The notes under the pieces were generated by a model. It saw only the letters and a list, made by a program, of their open reading frames with translations. It was not told the origin of the DNA and searched no databases. A stretch of 64,000 nucleotides of DNA from Octopus vulgaris (Eukaryota), in the NCBI GenBank assembly GCA_951406725.2, contig OX597814.1, positions 201,500,001-201,564,000 on the forward strand, given 5' to 3'. Of this stretch, positions 27,753-41,524 are shown in pieces. A program made the position numbers and the translations under genes. The number at the start of each line of letters is the position of its first letter. Within the stretch, counting starts at the first letter, position 1.

Positions 27753-28096
27753 GGAGTGAAGGCACATGGCTCAGTGGTTAGAGCGTCGAGCTTACTATCG
27801 TGAGGTTGTAAGTTCAAATCCCAGACCTGGCTGTGTGTTGTGTTCTTGAGCAAGACACTTTATTTCATGTTACTCCAGTTCACTCAGCTGTAGAAATGAG
27901 TTGCGGCATCACAGGTGCCAAGCTGTATCGGCCCCTTTGCCTTTCCTTTGGATAACACTGGTGACGTGGAGAGGGGAGGCCAGTATGCATGGGCAACTGC
28001 TGGTCTTCCATATATAACCTTGCCCGGACTTGTACCTGAAAGGGTAACTTTCTAGGTGCAATCTGATGGTCAGTCATGACTGAAGAGGGTTTCCCT
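27753..28096 (+). mobile_element. tRNA-derived SINE with CORE-like central domain
   Basis: TGGCTCAGTGG A-box and AGTTCAAATCC B-box, then tgtgttcttgagcaagacacttta...cactcagctgtagaaatgagt resembling the CORE domain. Confidence 0.7.
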
Positions 28097-28589
28097 ATGC
28101 ATGTGCGGGTGTATGCGTGTGTGTGTGTGCACGTGTGTATCTGTGTGTATGTGTGTATGTGTATCCTTGTCTAGATATAATGTGACAGTTGTAAACGAGC
28201 ATCACTGTCATTCAAGAGATGCTTACTTCCAGTCTTCCATGAAAAACATGTCTGGCCAAAAATTAACTTACTCGGAAACAAGTGAAGGTAGGTGACAGGA
28301 AGGGCATCCAGTTGTAAAATCTTACCTCAATGAATTCTGTCTGACTTACTTGAGCCTAGAAAAATAGACATGGAACTATGATGTTGATGTGTTATAGTCA
28401 AAACTGAATGCTTGTGCATGTAGGGCCTTTACATGTGGTTTTATTTTTCAGTTTACATCTCACTTATTTATTCTCTGCATTTAGAATCTTTTCAATATAT
28501 CTGGATTAAAATTATATATGCAGCCACTTGGTGTTGTTATTGGCATTCTTTGGATTAGCCGTCTGTGTGTCTTAGCACAAGTTATCTTT

Positions 28590-28982
28590 TATTCGTTTAT
28601 TTGTTTCAGCCATGCTGGAGCACCACCTTTAGTTGAACAAACCGACCCCCACCAGACTTATTCTTTGTAAGCCTAGTACTAATTCTATCGGTCTCTTTCA
28701 CCGAACTGCTAAGTTTTGGGGGGTGTAAACACATCAACATCAGTTGTCAAGTGATGTTGGGGGGACAAACACAGACACCGGAACACATACACATAGACAC
28801 ACAGACACACAATACACATATACATACGATGGACTTCTTTCAGTTTCCGTCTATCAAATACAGTCACAAGGCTTTGGTCGGCCTGAGGCTATAGTAGAAG
28901 ACACTTTCCCAAGCTGCCATGCAGTGGGACTGGATCCAAAACCATGTGGTTGGTAAGCAAGCTACTTACGACACAGCCACTT
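28590..28982 (-). mobile_element. SINE family A
   Basis: Reverse complement of the 35584-35995 family. Confidence 0.8.
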
Positions 28983-29190
28983 CTACACTTTAGATTAGCC
29001 ATCTGCATGTCTTATTTAATGTGTATACACCATACATCATGAAAGGCATGATACTGAGGTATTCCTCAGAGAAATTCTTCTCATAGGCATGCTGTGTTAA
29101 AAACAGTATATATTAGAGTGAGAAGGACCTTGTCCCAGCAGCAACCCACATGTTTTGGCTCCCTTAATCTTTGTCAGTGATGTGTACTTG

Positions 29191-29815
29191 CTGGTTACCT
29201 GCTTAGGTGAAATCTGTCTCTTATGACATATGGGAAATAGTGAATAATTCATTCACTGATATAGCATATAACGACTGGGTTGAATAAAAACTCAGTGTAT
29301 GCAATTGAAACAAAATTAAATTAAAATCGCCATTTGTGTATTGTACTTACACAGGTGTGGCTGTTTGGTAAGACATTTACTTCCCAATAACATGCTTCTG
29401 GTTACCTGCTTAGGTGAAATCTGTCTCTTATGACATATGGGAAATAGTGAATAATTCATTCACTGATATAGCATATAACGACCGCGTTGAATAAAAACTC
29501 AGTGTATGCAATTGAAACAAAATTAAATTAAAATCGCCATTTGTGTATTGTACTTACACAGGTGTGGCTGTTTGGTAAGACATTTACTTCCCAATAACAT
29601 GCTTCTGGTTACCTGCTTAGGTGAAATCTGTCTCTTATGACATATGGGAAATAGTGAATAATTCATTCACTGATATAGCATATAACGACCGCGTTGAATA
29701 AAAACTCAGTGTATGCAATTGAAACAAAATTAAATTAAAATCACCATTTGTGTATTGTACTTACACAGGTGTGGCTGTTTGGTAAGACATTTACTTCCCA
29801 ATAACATGCTTCTGG
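29191..29815. repeat. Three tandem copies of a 207-bp unit
   Basis: ctggttacctgcttagg starts at 29191, 29398 and 29605; near-identical units. Confidence 0.95.
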
Positions 29816-31192
29816 GTTGGGCAATTGTCTTATAGTACAACCTGGGGTTAACCAAAACCTTCTGAGTGGATTTGATAGATGGAAATTGAAAGAAGCCCCT
29901 CATATATATGCATGTGTGTGTGTGTGTGTGTGTGTGTGTCTTTGTTCCTCCCACTACCACTTGACTACCAGTGCTGGTGTGTATCCGCTCCCATAACTTA
30001 GCAGTTTAGCAAAAAGAAACTGATGGAATAAGTACCAGGCTTTAAAAACAATAAGTGCAGGGGTCAATTTGTTTGGCTAAAATTCTTCAGGTGGTGCCCC
30101 AGCATGGTCACAGTATAATGAGTGAAACAAATAAAAGATAAGGAAATGTATATACATCATTGACAGAGGCATGATACGGTGGTTTTTGTTCTGAGAGAAA
30201 ATCACTTAATAAACATGCTGTATTCAAAAAACAATTTATATCTGTGTTTAAGGCTAAGTCCTAATTAAGTAAACCTAAGATCAAAGATATTCTAACCATG
30301 GCTATCATATCATTTTACCTATCCATTGGGCAACCCTTCTTCTCCAAAATGAAAAGCACGGATTTTGAGGCAGTCACAACTGCTATTTTTAATTAATCAA
30401 ACATTCGAGTGAGGTCATTGCCAGTGCCGTTGGACTAGCTCCTGTGCAGGTGACACATAAAAAGCACCATTTGAGTGTAGCCGTTTCCGGTACCACCTGA
30501 CTGGCCCTCATGCCGGTGGCACATAAAAGCACACACTACACTCTCGGAGTGGTTGGCATTAGGAAGGGCATCCAGCTGTAGAATCTCTGCCAGATCAAGA
30601 TTAGAGCCTGGTGCAGCCATGTGGTTTGCCAGTCTTCAGTCAACTCGTCCAACCCATGCCAGCATGGAAAGCAGACGTTAAACGATGATGATGATGATCC
30701 CACTGGAACCTCCTTTATTGGATTGCACCATTACATGTTCAAAGTCTGGAATGACTGACGTTCTTGGGAATTAGAAATGCTCTCTGATCTTTACTTGATC
30801 TGGCAGAAAGTTACAATATATCTGGCACCTGCTTCGCTACTGACAATTAAATTTACATATCACACCAAAGAACAGAATATAGAACCAGAAACAGGATGCA
30901 TAATTCTAGTTTAAAACTATGCATTCCATGGTATTAATTCTCTAGATTAGCATAGGAACATCACAAAATTTAGGAATCTCCATAGTCATTTTGTAGAGAT
31001 TCTGGAACATGCTTAGCACTTACCGCATCCGCTTTGAGAAATTAAAAGGTAAAGTCAATGGTGAATATAGTAACATGAAATTAAATACTCTACAGGATTT
31101 AGTTTAGTGTTTCAACATTTCCAGTGCTTCAGTACTTGCATGTATTTCATTAAGTATTCCTGATATAGTATAACAAATATAAAGCCAGATAC

Positions 31193-31232
<40 letters not shown>

Positions 31233-31263
31233 ATTTATCTTTTTTTCTCTCTTTCTGTCTCTC

Positions 31264-31318
<55 letters not shown>

Positions 31319-31320
31319 TT

Positions 31321-32012
31321 GGACCTAGGTAAAGGACCTAGGTATCTTGGTGGATTCCTCCTTTTCGCCTTCGGCCCAGTGCGTCCATGCTGCCAACAAA
31401 GCACGCGGAATTCTGTTCTTGATTCGACGGTCATTCGGAATGCTCACAGCAGCCATATTCCTACCACTCTATGTCACGCTAGTGAGACCCATATTGGAGT
31501 ATGGGATTCAAGCCTCTTCTCCTTATCTCCTCAAAGACATACAGCATCTCGAAAGAGTCCAGAAGCTGGCTACCCGCATGGTTCATGGTCTCAAAAAATT
31601 GTCCTACGAAGAAAGGCTGAGGACGCTTGACCTTTATTCTCTTGAAAAACGCCGCCGCCGTGGTGATCTCATTCTCGCCCACAACATCATAAGCGGAAAG
31701 TGTAACCTCTCGAAAGAGCTGTTCTTCACTCCTGCTCCAGAGCGTCGGCTGCGGGGTCATTCCGAAAAGCTCTACCTGCGACAATTTCATCTCAATCGAA
31801 GGAGAGGAGCTTTCTCCGTCCGGGTTGCAGATCCGTGGAACAAGCTGCCAGACGAGATGGTGAAGATGCCGACGACCGCTTTGTTCAAAGCCTCCCTGGA
31901 CCTCAAGTGGCCTGAACTCTTTACATGAACACCACCCTGTACTTAACTCCATGTCCCCCTACATGGCCTTGCTATTTGCTTTTGAGCCAAATTAACTAAC
32001 TAACTAACTAAC
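31321..32012 (+). mobile_element. CR1-group LINE, 5'-truncated, open ORF2 C-terminus, (TAAC)n tail
   Basis: KDLGILVDS..FLPLYVTLVRPILEYG..LERVQKLATRM..; ORF 31347-31928 uninterrupted. Confidence 0.92.
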
Positions 32013-32461
32013 ATATGTGTGTGTGTTAGAGTATTGTAGTTTGCTTGAAGCATTGTGTATTGTTTGTAAACAATAATGAAAAGGAAAAAAAATCTGTTGG
32101 AAAACTGATTGTAGCAGTGTCTCGATCAATCCCTAGGGATATCTGAAGAAGAAATTTTTATACTCTGAAATATTATATCAGACTATGGATGATTAAACTA
32201 CACCAGTTATTATAGTGCGTTGGTGTGCCATTCAAAACACATTATTACTATTTACTATCATTATATGTATATATATATATATATAAATTAGTAAAAAAAC
32301 ACCTTTTATCAATTCAAAATGAACAATTAAATAACACTATCTAGAAAATTACATATAACAGAAATATTAAATATAAAATAATAATATACCGATGATAATA
32401 ATATACCGATGATTAAGTAATGTGCAAAATAATAAATAAAACGTATATATTTGGTAGAATA

Positions 32462-32491
<30 letters not shown>

Positions 32492-32494
<3 letters not shown>

Positions 32495-32730
32495 CAAGAG
32501 GGTATCCAAAAGAAACTGGTGTCTTGGAATATCATTTTATTCTCTTAGTTTTACATGTTTACACTTTTATCGCCTTCAAATTACTCTCCATTTGAAGCAA
32601 TGTATCGATCCAGCTGCGCTTTTCACTGTTCGAAGCAGTGCCGGAACTCTTGTGAAATGATGCCTTTTAACAACCCCATTGTTTTTTCCTACACCTTTTC
32701 CACATCTGCAAATTCTGTAGCAGAATTTGA
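32492..32730 (-). mobile_element. Mariner 3' remnant
   Basis: LDRYIASNGE*FEG on minus strand and TA-led end tacaagagggtatccaaaag. Confidence 0.55.
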
Positions 32731-33064
32731 GGCCATTTTCTGTACTTGAAAAAACATGTCAAGCTAAGTAAAATCGTGGTCATCCATACATAGAGGCTTG
32801 TCCTTTACAGGTGCCAGTTACGTGTAAAATGCACTTGTATTGGTGCTGCATGAATGCACCTGTACTGGTGGCATGTAAAAAGCAGCCAGCATACTATGTA
32901 AAGCGGTTAGCATTAGGAAGGGCACCCAGCCACAGAAAACATGCTGCAGCAGACAATTGGAGTCTGACCAGCTCCTATCGAACTGTCCAACCTATGCCAG
33001 AATAGAAAATGAATGTTAAATGATGATGATGATGATGTGTGGATGTGTGGTGGTGTGTTGTTTA

Positions 33065-33320
33065 TATACTATAGATAATTATAAGAACAACACAGGAAGA
33101 ACAAAGTTTATGAAATATGGGATTAGTTTCATGTTTTAATGAAAGGAGAAAGTTTCTTAACGTTTCAGATGTTAGTTTTTCATCAGAAGTAAGAAGGAAG
33201 CATGGCGAAGGAAATGAAGAGAAATTGTCAGTGACCAAAAGAAAGAAAAAAAGAAGAGAAAAAGTATAGAGGTTGTGGAAGATGAAGTGTAGATCAAAGA
33301 ACAGCAAAGGGATATCCAAA
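33065..33320 (-). mobile_element. Decayed PLE pLTR-like fragment with degenerate hammerhead
   Basis: Minus strand ctt-CTGATGA...GAAACGTT-aag at 33156-33189; stem II disrupted; layout similar to the 19066-19260 insert. Confidence 0.45.
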
Positions 33321-33938
33321 GTAATCTGGGTAGCAACCCAAGGTAGAATTCAAAGTTTGTGAATAGAAGATCGAATTCTGAGAAAACCTATGAAATATTT
33401 CCTTATAAAGCAAATAGATATTTTTCATAAGTATTACTTGAAGACATCAGTGGGTAAAACTGGAAAAGAAACGTTTGTAACGTTGATTATTTTCAAAGAA
33501 ATGAGTCATTTCAGGCACTGAAGTTTATTTCAGAACATTCAGTGAGTTCATGGCTCATAGGACGGCCTGCTGTGCTAACCATGGATCGTAGAGTGACCCG
33601 CTGTTCTTAAGAAGACCTATTGAGTCAAGAATGTTAACACTAACATCAAATGAAAATTGAATGGAAATAGTAGTTAAGACACCCGTGCCGGTGACACGTT
33701 AAAAGAAAAGCACCGTCCGAACGTGACAGATGTCAGTGCCACCTGACTGGCGTCCGTGTCGGTGGCACGTAAAAGCACCAACCAATCATGGCCATTTGCC
33801 AGTTTCCTCTGGCCCCTGTGCTGGTGGCACGTAAAAAGCACCCACTACACTCATGGAGTGGTTGGCATTAGGAAGGGCATCCAGCTGTAGAAACACTGCC
33901 AGCTCAACCCATGCTAGCATGGAAAATGGACATTAAAC

Positions 33939-33969
<31 letters not shown>

Positions 33970-34709
33970 CAGAAATCTTAATGTGATATCCTCTGATTTT
34001 GTAATTTCTTGATTTATAGTTTAATTAATTTGCTAACGAATGTGTGAAACATTACATAATTGTGAGGAAAAATTACCGACACTCTATAAGTTAGAATTAC
34101 TAATATGAAATGTAATGTAAACCATTGGCTAATAACGTTTGATCTGATATAGAAAGTAAATTTGACTTCTCTGATAATTCACCAAAATGATTTCCAGATC
34201 TTATATCATTAAAGTCATTTCTATCATTGTCACAATAACAATTATGATTAAATGAGTTTATAAGTATTGTGTTCGTAAGTAATTGTAGATGATGTGTAAT
34301 TACTGAAGAAGTTGCCAGCAGGGTTGGTACATGTACATGTCGTTGTTTCTTCGTGAGCATACGCAATAAAGACAGTGTTTACATTCATCGTAACATAATA
34401 TTGAATTCAGTGTTAGGAAGGGATTCCAATGGTAAAAATGATGCCAAAGCTGACATCAGAGCACATCACAGTTTTTCAACTTGTCAGATCCAGTCAAACC
34501 ATCTCGTCTATGCTAGCAGGGAACACAGACCTTGAACGGTGATCATCAAGAAATTTGTGTGTGTGTGTGTGTGTTAGAATACCACAGAGTATCAGAATAC
34601 CACTTGCTAGAAAGAGGAGCTAACACTCCAAAACGTATGCTAAATACAATGGATATAATAAAATAAACTTACCTTGTATAAACTACAAATTAAGAAACAG
34701 GTATCTTAG

Positions 34710-35315
34710 TTAGAAAATTACTATTTTTAGATCTCACAACGAGAGATATTCAGCAACAGTACTTTGGAGTAAAGATTGTTTGCCAACATAACATGGCAGT
34801 CCTGGTTTAGGACAAATGTTGCTGTAATTTAGCCCCAGGAGACATCGTCTCCAGCTGGCTATATGACGTTAAAATATAAGGACACAGATCATGTCATATA
34901 GCTAACTGGAGATGATGTCTCCTGTACCTAAATTACAGCAGCATTAGTCCTAAACTAGGACTGCCATGTTATGTTTATTATCTCGTTGTGAGATTTAAAA
35001 ATAGCAATTTTCTAATTTATAGATCAGTAACTAGTTGTCACTTTGAAAACTATATATTTCGAATGGGAATTTAGCTGCACCACCTTGAGCCGAGCAATTA
35101 TTCTGGGCTGATGAAGGGAAATAACCTGGAAATCCTGATACACAGATATTGATTTGAGCTGAGTGGGGGTGCTAGATTCCCTTGTTTGAAAATATAAGGA
35201 CACAGACCATGTCATATGGCCAGCTGGAGACGATGTCTCCTGGGGTTAAATTACAGTAACATTCATCCTAAACCAGGACTGCCATGTTATGCTGGCAAAC
35301 AATCTTTACTTCAGG
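34710..35315. repeat. Foldback (inverted repeat) element with a duplicated arm
   Basis: 34710-34867 is inverted at 34893-35015 and again at ~35210-35315. Confidence 0.85.
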
Positions 35316-35583
35316 TATCTTGGTATCAATTGATTTCACCTTTTGTACCTTTGTACTCAAGGATCGTCAGCCAAGTTCACTGTATTCATCTATTTTTGAA
35401 AATATTCATCACATTACACCATGCGTGTTTGTTCATCTGCATGCCCCCAAGACATTCAAAAACTTTATAGGTTAATCTTGCTGAACCGCTAAGTTATGGG
35501 TTTGTAAACACATCAACATTGGTTGTCAAGTGATGGTGGGGGAAAAACACAGACGCAAACACACAAATGTATACATACACATT

Positions 35584-35742
35584 GGAGTGGCTGTGTGGTA
35601 AGAAGCTGGCTTCCCAACCACATGGTTCTGGGTTCAGTCCCACTGTGTGACACCTTGGGCAAGTGTATTCTACTATAGCCTCAGGCCGACCAAAGCCTTG
35701 TGAGTAGATTTGGTAGACGGAAACTGAAAGAAGCCAGTTGTA

Positions 35743-35785
<43 letters not shown>

Positions 35786-35995
35786 TTGTGTGTCTCTATT
35801 TGTCTCCCCACCATTGCTTGAAACCGCTGTTGGTGTGTTTGCATCCCCGTAACTTAGTGGTTCGGCAAAAGTAACATGATAGGATAAGTACTAGGTTTAC
35901 AAAGAATAAATCCTGGGGTCGAATTGTTCAACTAATGGCAGTACTCCAGGATGGCCACAGTCAAATTACTGAAACAAGTAAAAGAATAAAAGAAT
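35584..35995 (+). mobile_element. Full-length SINE family A (tRNA-like head, internal TG/TA microsatellite, (TAAAAGA)n tail)
   Basis: ggagtggctgtgtggtaag...gggttcagtccc head; many copies in the window (e.g. 39695, 53603). Confidence 0.85.
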
Positions 35996-36008
35996 ATATA
36001 TATGTATA

Positions 36009-36578
36009 TATCAGGTCATCCCATAAGTTCTGTCCGAATATTGAATAAAGAAAACAAGTGATCATGTGTTATATTTAATTGAAATATAATCATCTGTGTG
36101 CTTTCCCTGATTATCTATGACTTCTTTCCTTCTATTTACAAGCTTTTTAATCCCATTAACGTAAAACTCTTTTGGTTTCAAAGCGAAGAACTCTGAAATG
36201 TCAGTTTTGACCTCCTCGTGGTTTGCGAAAGTTATGTCCCCCTAATAATTCTGTAAACTATGAAATAAATGGTAGTCTGAAGGAGCAAGGTTGGGAGAAT
36301 AAGGTGGATGAGGAAATTTTTCCCAATCAAGCTCTTCGGTCTTTTGTGATGTGATCTTTGCAGTGTGGGGTCACGCATTGTCCTCATGAAACATCACTCC
36401 TTTTCGATTCACTAAAGCGGGTCTTTTTTTCTTCAAGGCTTGGTTCAAACGCTCTAATTGCTGATAGTAGACTTGAGCATTGATTGTTGCATTAGGTGGT
36501 AACAATTCAAAGTGAATTACTCCTTTGCAATCCCACCAGATAGAGAGAACATTTTTCCCATGAAGTTCCCTTCTCAGT
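36009..36578 (-). mobile_element. Mariner 3' half
   Basis: LHGKNVLSIWWDCKGVIHFELLP..TINA..FHEDNA*PH..HPPYSPNLAPSDYHLF; TA-led end tatcaggtcatcccataagttc. Confidence 0.9.
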
Positions 36579-36654
36579 TGTGATTGATCAAAGCCTTGTG
36601 AGTGGATTTGGTAGACGGAAACTGACAGAAGCCCGTCGTATATATGTATATGTT

Positions 36655-36712
<58 letters not shown>

Positions 36713-37741
36713 CGTGTGTGTGTTTGTGTGTCTGTGTTTGTCCTCTCTCAACATCGTTTGACAACCGATGCTGGTGTGTTTACATCCCCGTAACTTAGCA
36801 GTTCAGCAAAAGGGACCAATAGAATAAGTACTAAGCTTACAAAGAAAAGTCCTGGGATTGATTTGCTCGACTAAAGGCAGTGCTCCACAATCAAATGACT
36901 GAAACAAGTAAAAGAGTAAAAGAGTATAAAATGACATGTACATTCTGTAATCATCAAGGAACACTTCACAATTTTGATCTCATCTGTCTTATACCACTGA
37001 AATAGAATGCTATTAAAGAGTCCCTTTAATTAATCATCGTGCTGTTAGAATTATATCATTCAAACTTATCTGTGGAATATATATCGTACCAGAAGATTAA
37101 TAATTAAAGATTTTATTTTTCCTTACTTCTTAATCTCGTCCTGTATTAGCATTCATGATATAATTAGCTGTGTGGTATATTCTGAATCTTATAATTTATC
37201 AATTTCCTTTACATTCTGTGTTTATGTTAATAATTTAAATAAACAATTATTATCATCATCTTCCATTTAAACTAACATCTCGTGAATTTAACTGACAATA
37301 TTGATGATATTTAATAAGTGGAAACATTTCTATGGTCATCACTTGAGGATATGTTGCCTGACAAAAGATTTGGGGTTTCGGTTTTTAGATCTGATCCCCA
37401 TTGTTTTATTATTTATTAGCTTGTCCACCCTTCCCTGTATGAAAGATAGATGTTAAATGATGATGATGATGAAGACAGTTGCTGCGTGGTAAGAAGTATG
37501 CTTCCCAGAGTCATGGTCCTGAGTTCAGTACCATTGCATAGCACCTTTGGCAAGTGTCTTCTTGGGCCAATCAAAAACTTTGTGATAGTGACCATCTATA
37601 TCTTGCTGTCTCCCATTCTCTCTTTCTTTCTCTTTCTCTCTCTCTTTCCATGTCCTGCACTTCCCTCAGGTTGGGCAACTGTGTATTTCCTTTGTGGTAG
37701 CACACCTGTTTCTGTTTCCATTCCCGATCTCTCTCTCTCTT

Positions 37742-37781
<40 letters not shown>

Positions 37782-37842
37782 TGGGCCAATCAAACCCTTG
37801 TGAGTATATTCAGTAATACAGATCCTGAAAGAAGTTCATCAT

Positions 37843-38817
<975 letters not shown>

Positions 38818-39694
38818 TACACACATACATACATACATACATACAAACACACACACACATATGTGTGTGTTTGTTTGTATGTATGTATGTATATGAGTGT
38901 GTGTGTTTTTGTGACTGTCTCCCATCACTACATGATAACCAGGGTTGGTTTGTTTACCTCCCCTTAACTTAGTGTTGCCATATGAACCAATCCCCTTGCC
39001 TTAGAGGTTGAATAGGCCCTGTAAGTATCATAGGTAAGTTCAAGATAGAAGGAGACTAAAAGATAAAGCTACAAAAAGACCAATGCCATAGCTTTCTGAA
39101 GAGAAATTCTGACACTTCAGGCTTTTGAACAGAGGCTCATGCTTGCCAACACCTAATGAAACAGGAATAGAAGAGGAAAGTGGTTTTGGGAGAAAGAAAG
39201 AGAAAAGATCGAGGAGGGAAAGTGAGAGAGAGAGAGAGAGAGAGAGGAAGGAGAAAAGGGAGAAAGAGAGGAGTAGAAAAGTAGAAAGGTGAGAGAAAAG
39301 AAAGAGGGCAAAAGAGAAAGAGAGCAAAAGAGAGAGAGAGAGAGAGGGAGTAGTCATTGTGACTTTGTGCTATACATGGCTTTCTTTTTGTATTGTTCTC
39401 AGTCAATTCTTGGTCTGGAGTTGAAACTAATGGTTTTGTTCATGAAATCAATAAAATATTTAAATTACAATTAAGAATGAAAATTGTACTCAAAATTATT
39501 TTCATTGTTACTGTATTAAATAAGAGAATTCTTTGACAACATTTTCTGAGCTGCAAATTTGTCTAAGTTAGTTCTTTGAGTTTAATTACATCATTATAGT
39601 TCTAACAGACATATTCTTGTTTCTTTCTGAATGTTACATAAGGAAGCCGTAAAATGTGTAGAATTTATATATATATATATGCGTATATATATGC

Positions 39695-40052
39695 GTTCAG
39701 TCCCACTGCGTGGTATCTTGGGCAAGTGTCTTCTGCTATAGCCTCGGGCCGACCAAAGCCTTGTGAGTGGATTTGGTAGACGGAAACTGAAAGAAGCCTG
39801 TCATATATATGTATATATATATATATGTATGTGTGTGTATATGTTTGTGCGTTTGTGTTTGTCCCTCTAGCATTGCTTGACAACCGATGCTGGTGTGTTT
39901 ACATCCCCGTCACTTAGCGGTTCGGCAAAAGAGACTGATAGAATAAGTACTGGGCTTACAAAGAATAAGTCCCGGGGTTGATTTGCTCGACAAAAGGCGG
40001 TGCTCCAGCATGGCCGCAGTCAAATGACTGAAACAAGTAAAAGAGTAAAGAG
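39695..40052 (+). mobile_element. SINE family A, 5'-truncated
   Basis: gttcagtcccactgcgtgg...gactgaaacaagtaaaagagtaaagag. Confidence 0.85.
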
Positions 40053-40058
40053 TAATAT

Positions 40059-40120
<62 letters not shown>

Positions 40121-40370
40121 GCGTATATATTTATGTATGTATGTATATACTCTTATATTCTTTTATTCTTTTACTTGTTTCAGTCATTTGACTGCAGCCA
40201 TGCTGGAGCATCACCTTCAGTTGTACAAATCAATCCCAGGACTTATTCCTTGTAAGCCTAGTACTTATTTGGTTCGACTCTTTTGCTGAACCTCTAAGTT
40301 ATGGGGATGTAAACGCACCAACATCAGTTGTCAAGCGATGGTGGAGAGACAAACACAGATACACAAATAA

Positions 40371-40412
<42 letters not shown>

Positions 40413-40532
40413 ACAATCAAGGAACGGCCATAATAGGCCATTCACCCACTAGAAATAACAGCCAAAAGCTTTAACCGCAAAATAACGTCAATTCCGTAAA
40501 CCAGGAGAAAATTGAAAAACATTTACCCTGTA

Positions 40533-40639
40533 ATTTCTTAGACGATGCACCGTTTCATCTTCTGTTTAATGGAAAACTAACCTGATTAAATTAAATCAAG
40601 CCAATCTACCATAGGCCCTTAGATTCATCAGTAAGAAAT
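40533..40639 (-). ncRNA. Type I hammerhead ribozyme motif (inverted copy)
   Basis: Reverse complement of 40926-41032. Confidence 0.75.
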
Positions 40640-40925
40640 AGCCAAAACCGGAACAGATATTTTTCACGAGGCATTCTCATTGCTACCTCGTCAATATCTG
40701 ACCTAAAATTTTCAAATCGTCGCACTCGCGCCAAATTTATCGGCAGCAAATAAATATAAGCCGCCGATTCCATTACGGAATTAACCAGAAAATGGAATCG
40801 GCGGCTTATATTTATTTGCTGCCGATAAATTTGGCGCGAGTGCGACGATTTGAAAATTTTAGGTCAGATATTGACGAGGTAGCAATGAGAATGCCTCGTG
40901 AAAAATATCTGTTCCGGTTTTGGCT

Positions 40926-41032
40926 ATTTCTTACTGATGAATCTAAGGGCCTATGGTAGATTGGCTTGATTTAATTTAATCAGGTTAGTTTTCCATTAAA
41001 CAGAAGATGAAACGGTGCATCGTCTAAGAAAT
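40926..41032 (+). ncRNA. Type I hammerhead ribozyme motif
   Basis: Stem I AUUUCUUA/UAAGAAAU; CUGAUGA 40934-40940; stem II AUCU/AGAU; GAAA 41009-41012; stem III ACG(gugcau)CGU; GUC, predicted cleavage after 41024. Confidence 0.78.
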
Positions 41033-41417
41033 TACAGGGTAAATGTTTTTCAATTTTCTCCTGGTTTACGGAATTGACGTTATTTTGCGGTTAAAGCTTT
41101 TGGCTGTTATTTCTAGTGGGTGAATGGCCTATTATGGCCGTTCCTTGATTGTTGATGTTGAACTTAAAAATGGTTTATGACTATTTAATTTTTTCCCACT
41201 AGGCCGCTGGTGGCAAAAGAATTCTACAAAACTTTTTTGCCACCCTATATTGATTAATTATGAATTTTCTGGTTAATTCCGTAATGGAATTGGCGGCTTA
41301 TATATATTTGCTGCCGATAAATTTGGCGCGAGTGCGACGATTTGAAAATTTTAGGTCAGATATTGACGAGGTAGCAATGAGAATGCCTCGTGAAAAATAT
41401 CTGTTCCGGTTTTGGCT

Positions 41418-41524
41418 ATTTCTTACTGATGAATCTAAGGGCCTATGGTAGATTGGCTTGATTTAATTTAATCAGGTTAGTTTTCCATTAAACAGAAGAT
41501 GAAACGGTGCATCGTCTAAGAAAT
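41418..41524 (+). ncRNA. Type I hammerhead ribozyme motif
   Basis: Same as the first copy; predicted cleavage after 41516. Confidence 0.78.

Noticed and set aside
30997-31048. Possible plus-strand micro-exon RFWNMLSTYRIRFEKLK
   Set aside because: AG/GT-bounded but no partner exon or homology; may be chance.
34100-34366. 88-aa minus-strand ORF in unique DNA
   Set aside because: No recognisable motif or splice support.
41260-41451. 63-aa ORF repeated in the 493-bp unit
   Set aside because: No recognisable domain, truncated in the first unit and overlapping the ribozyme; repetition reflects the DNA repeat.
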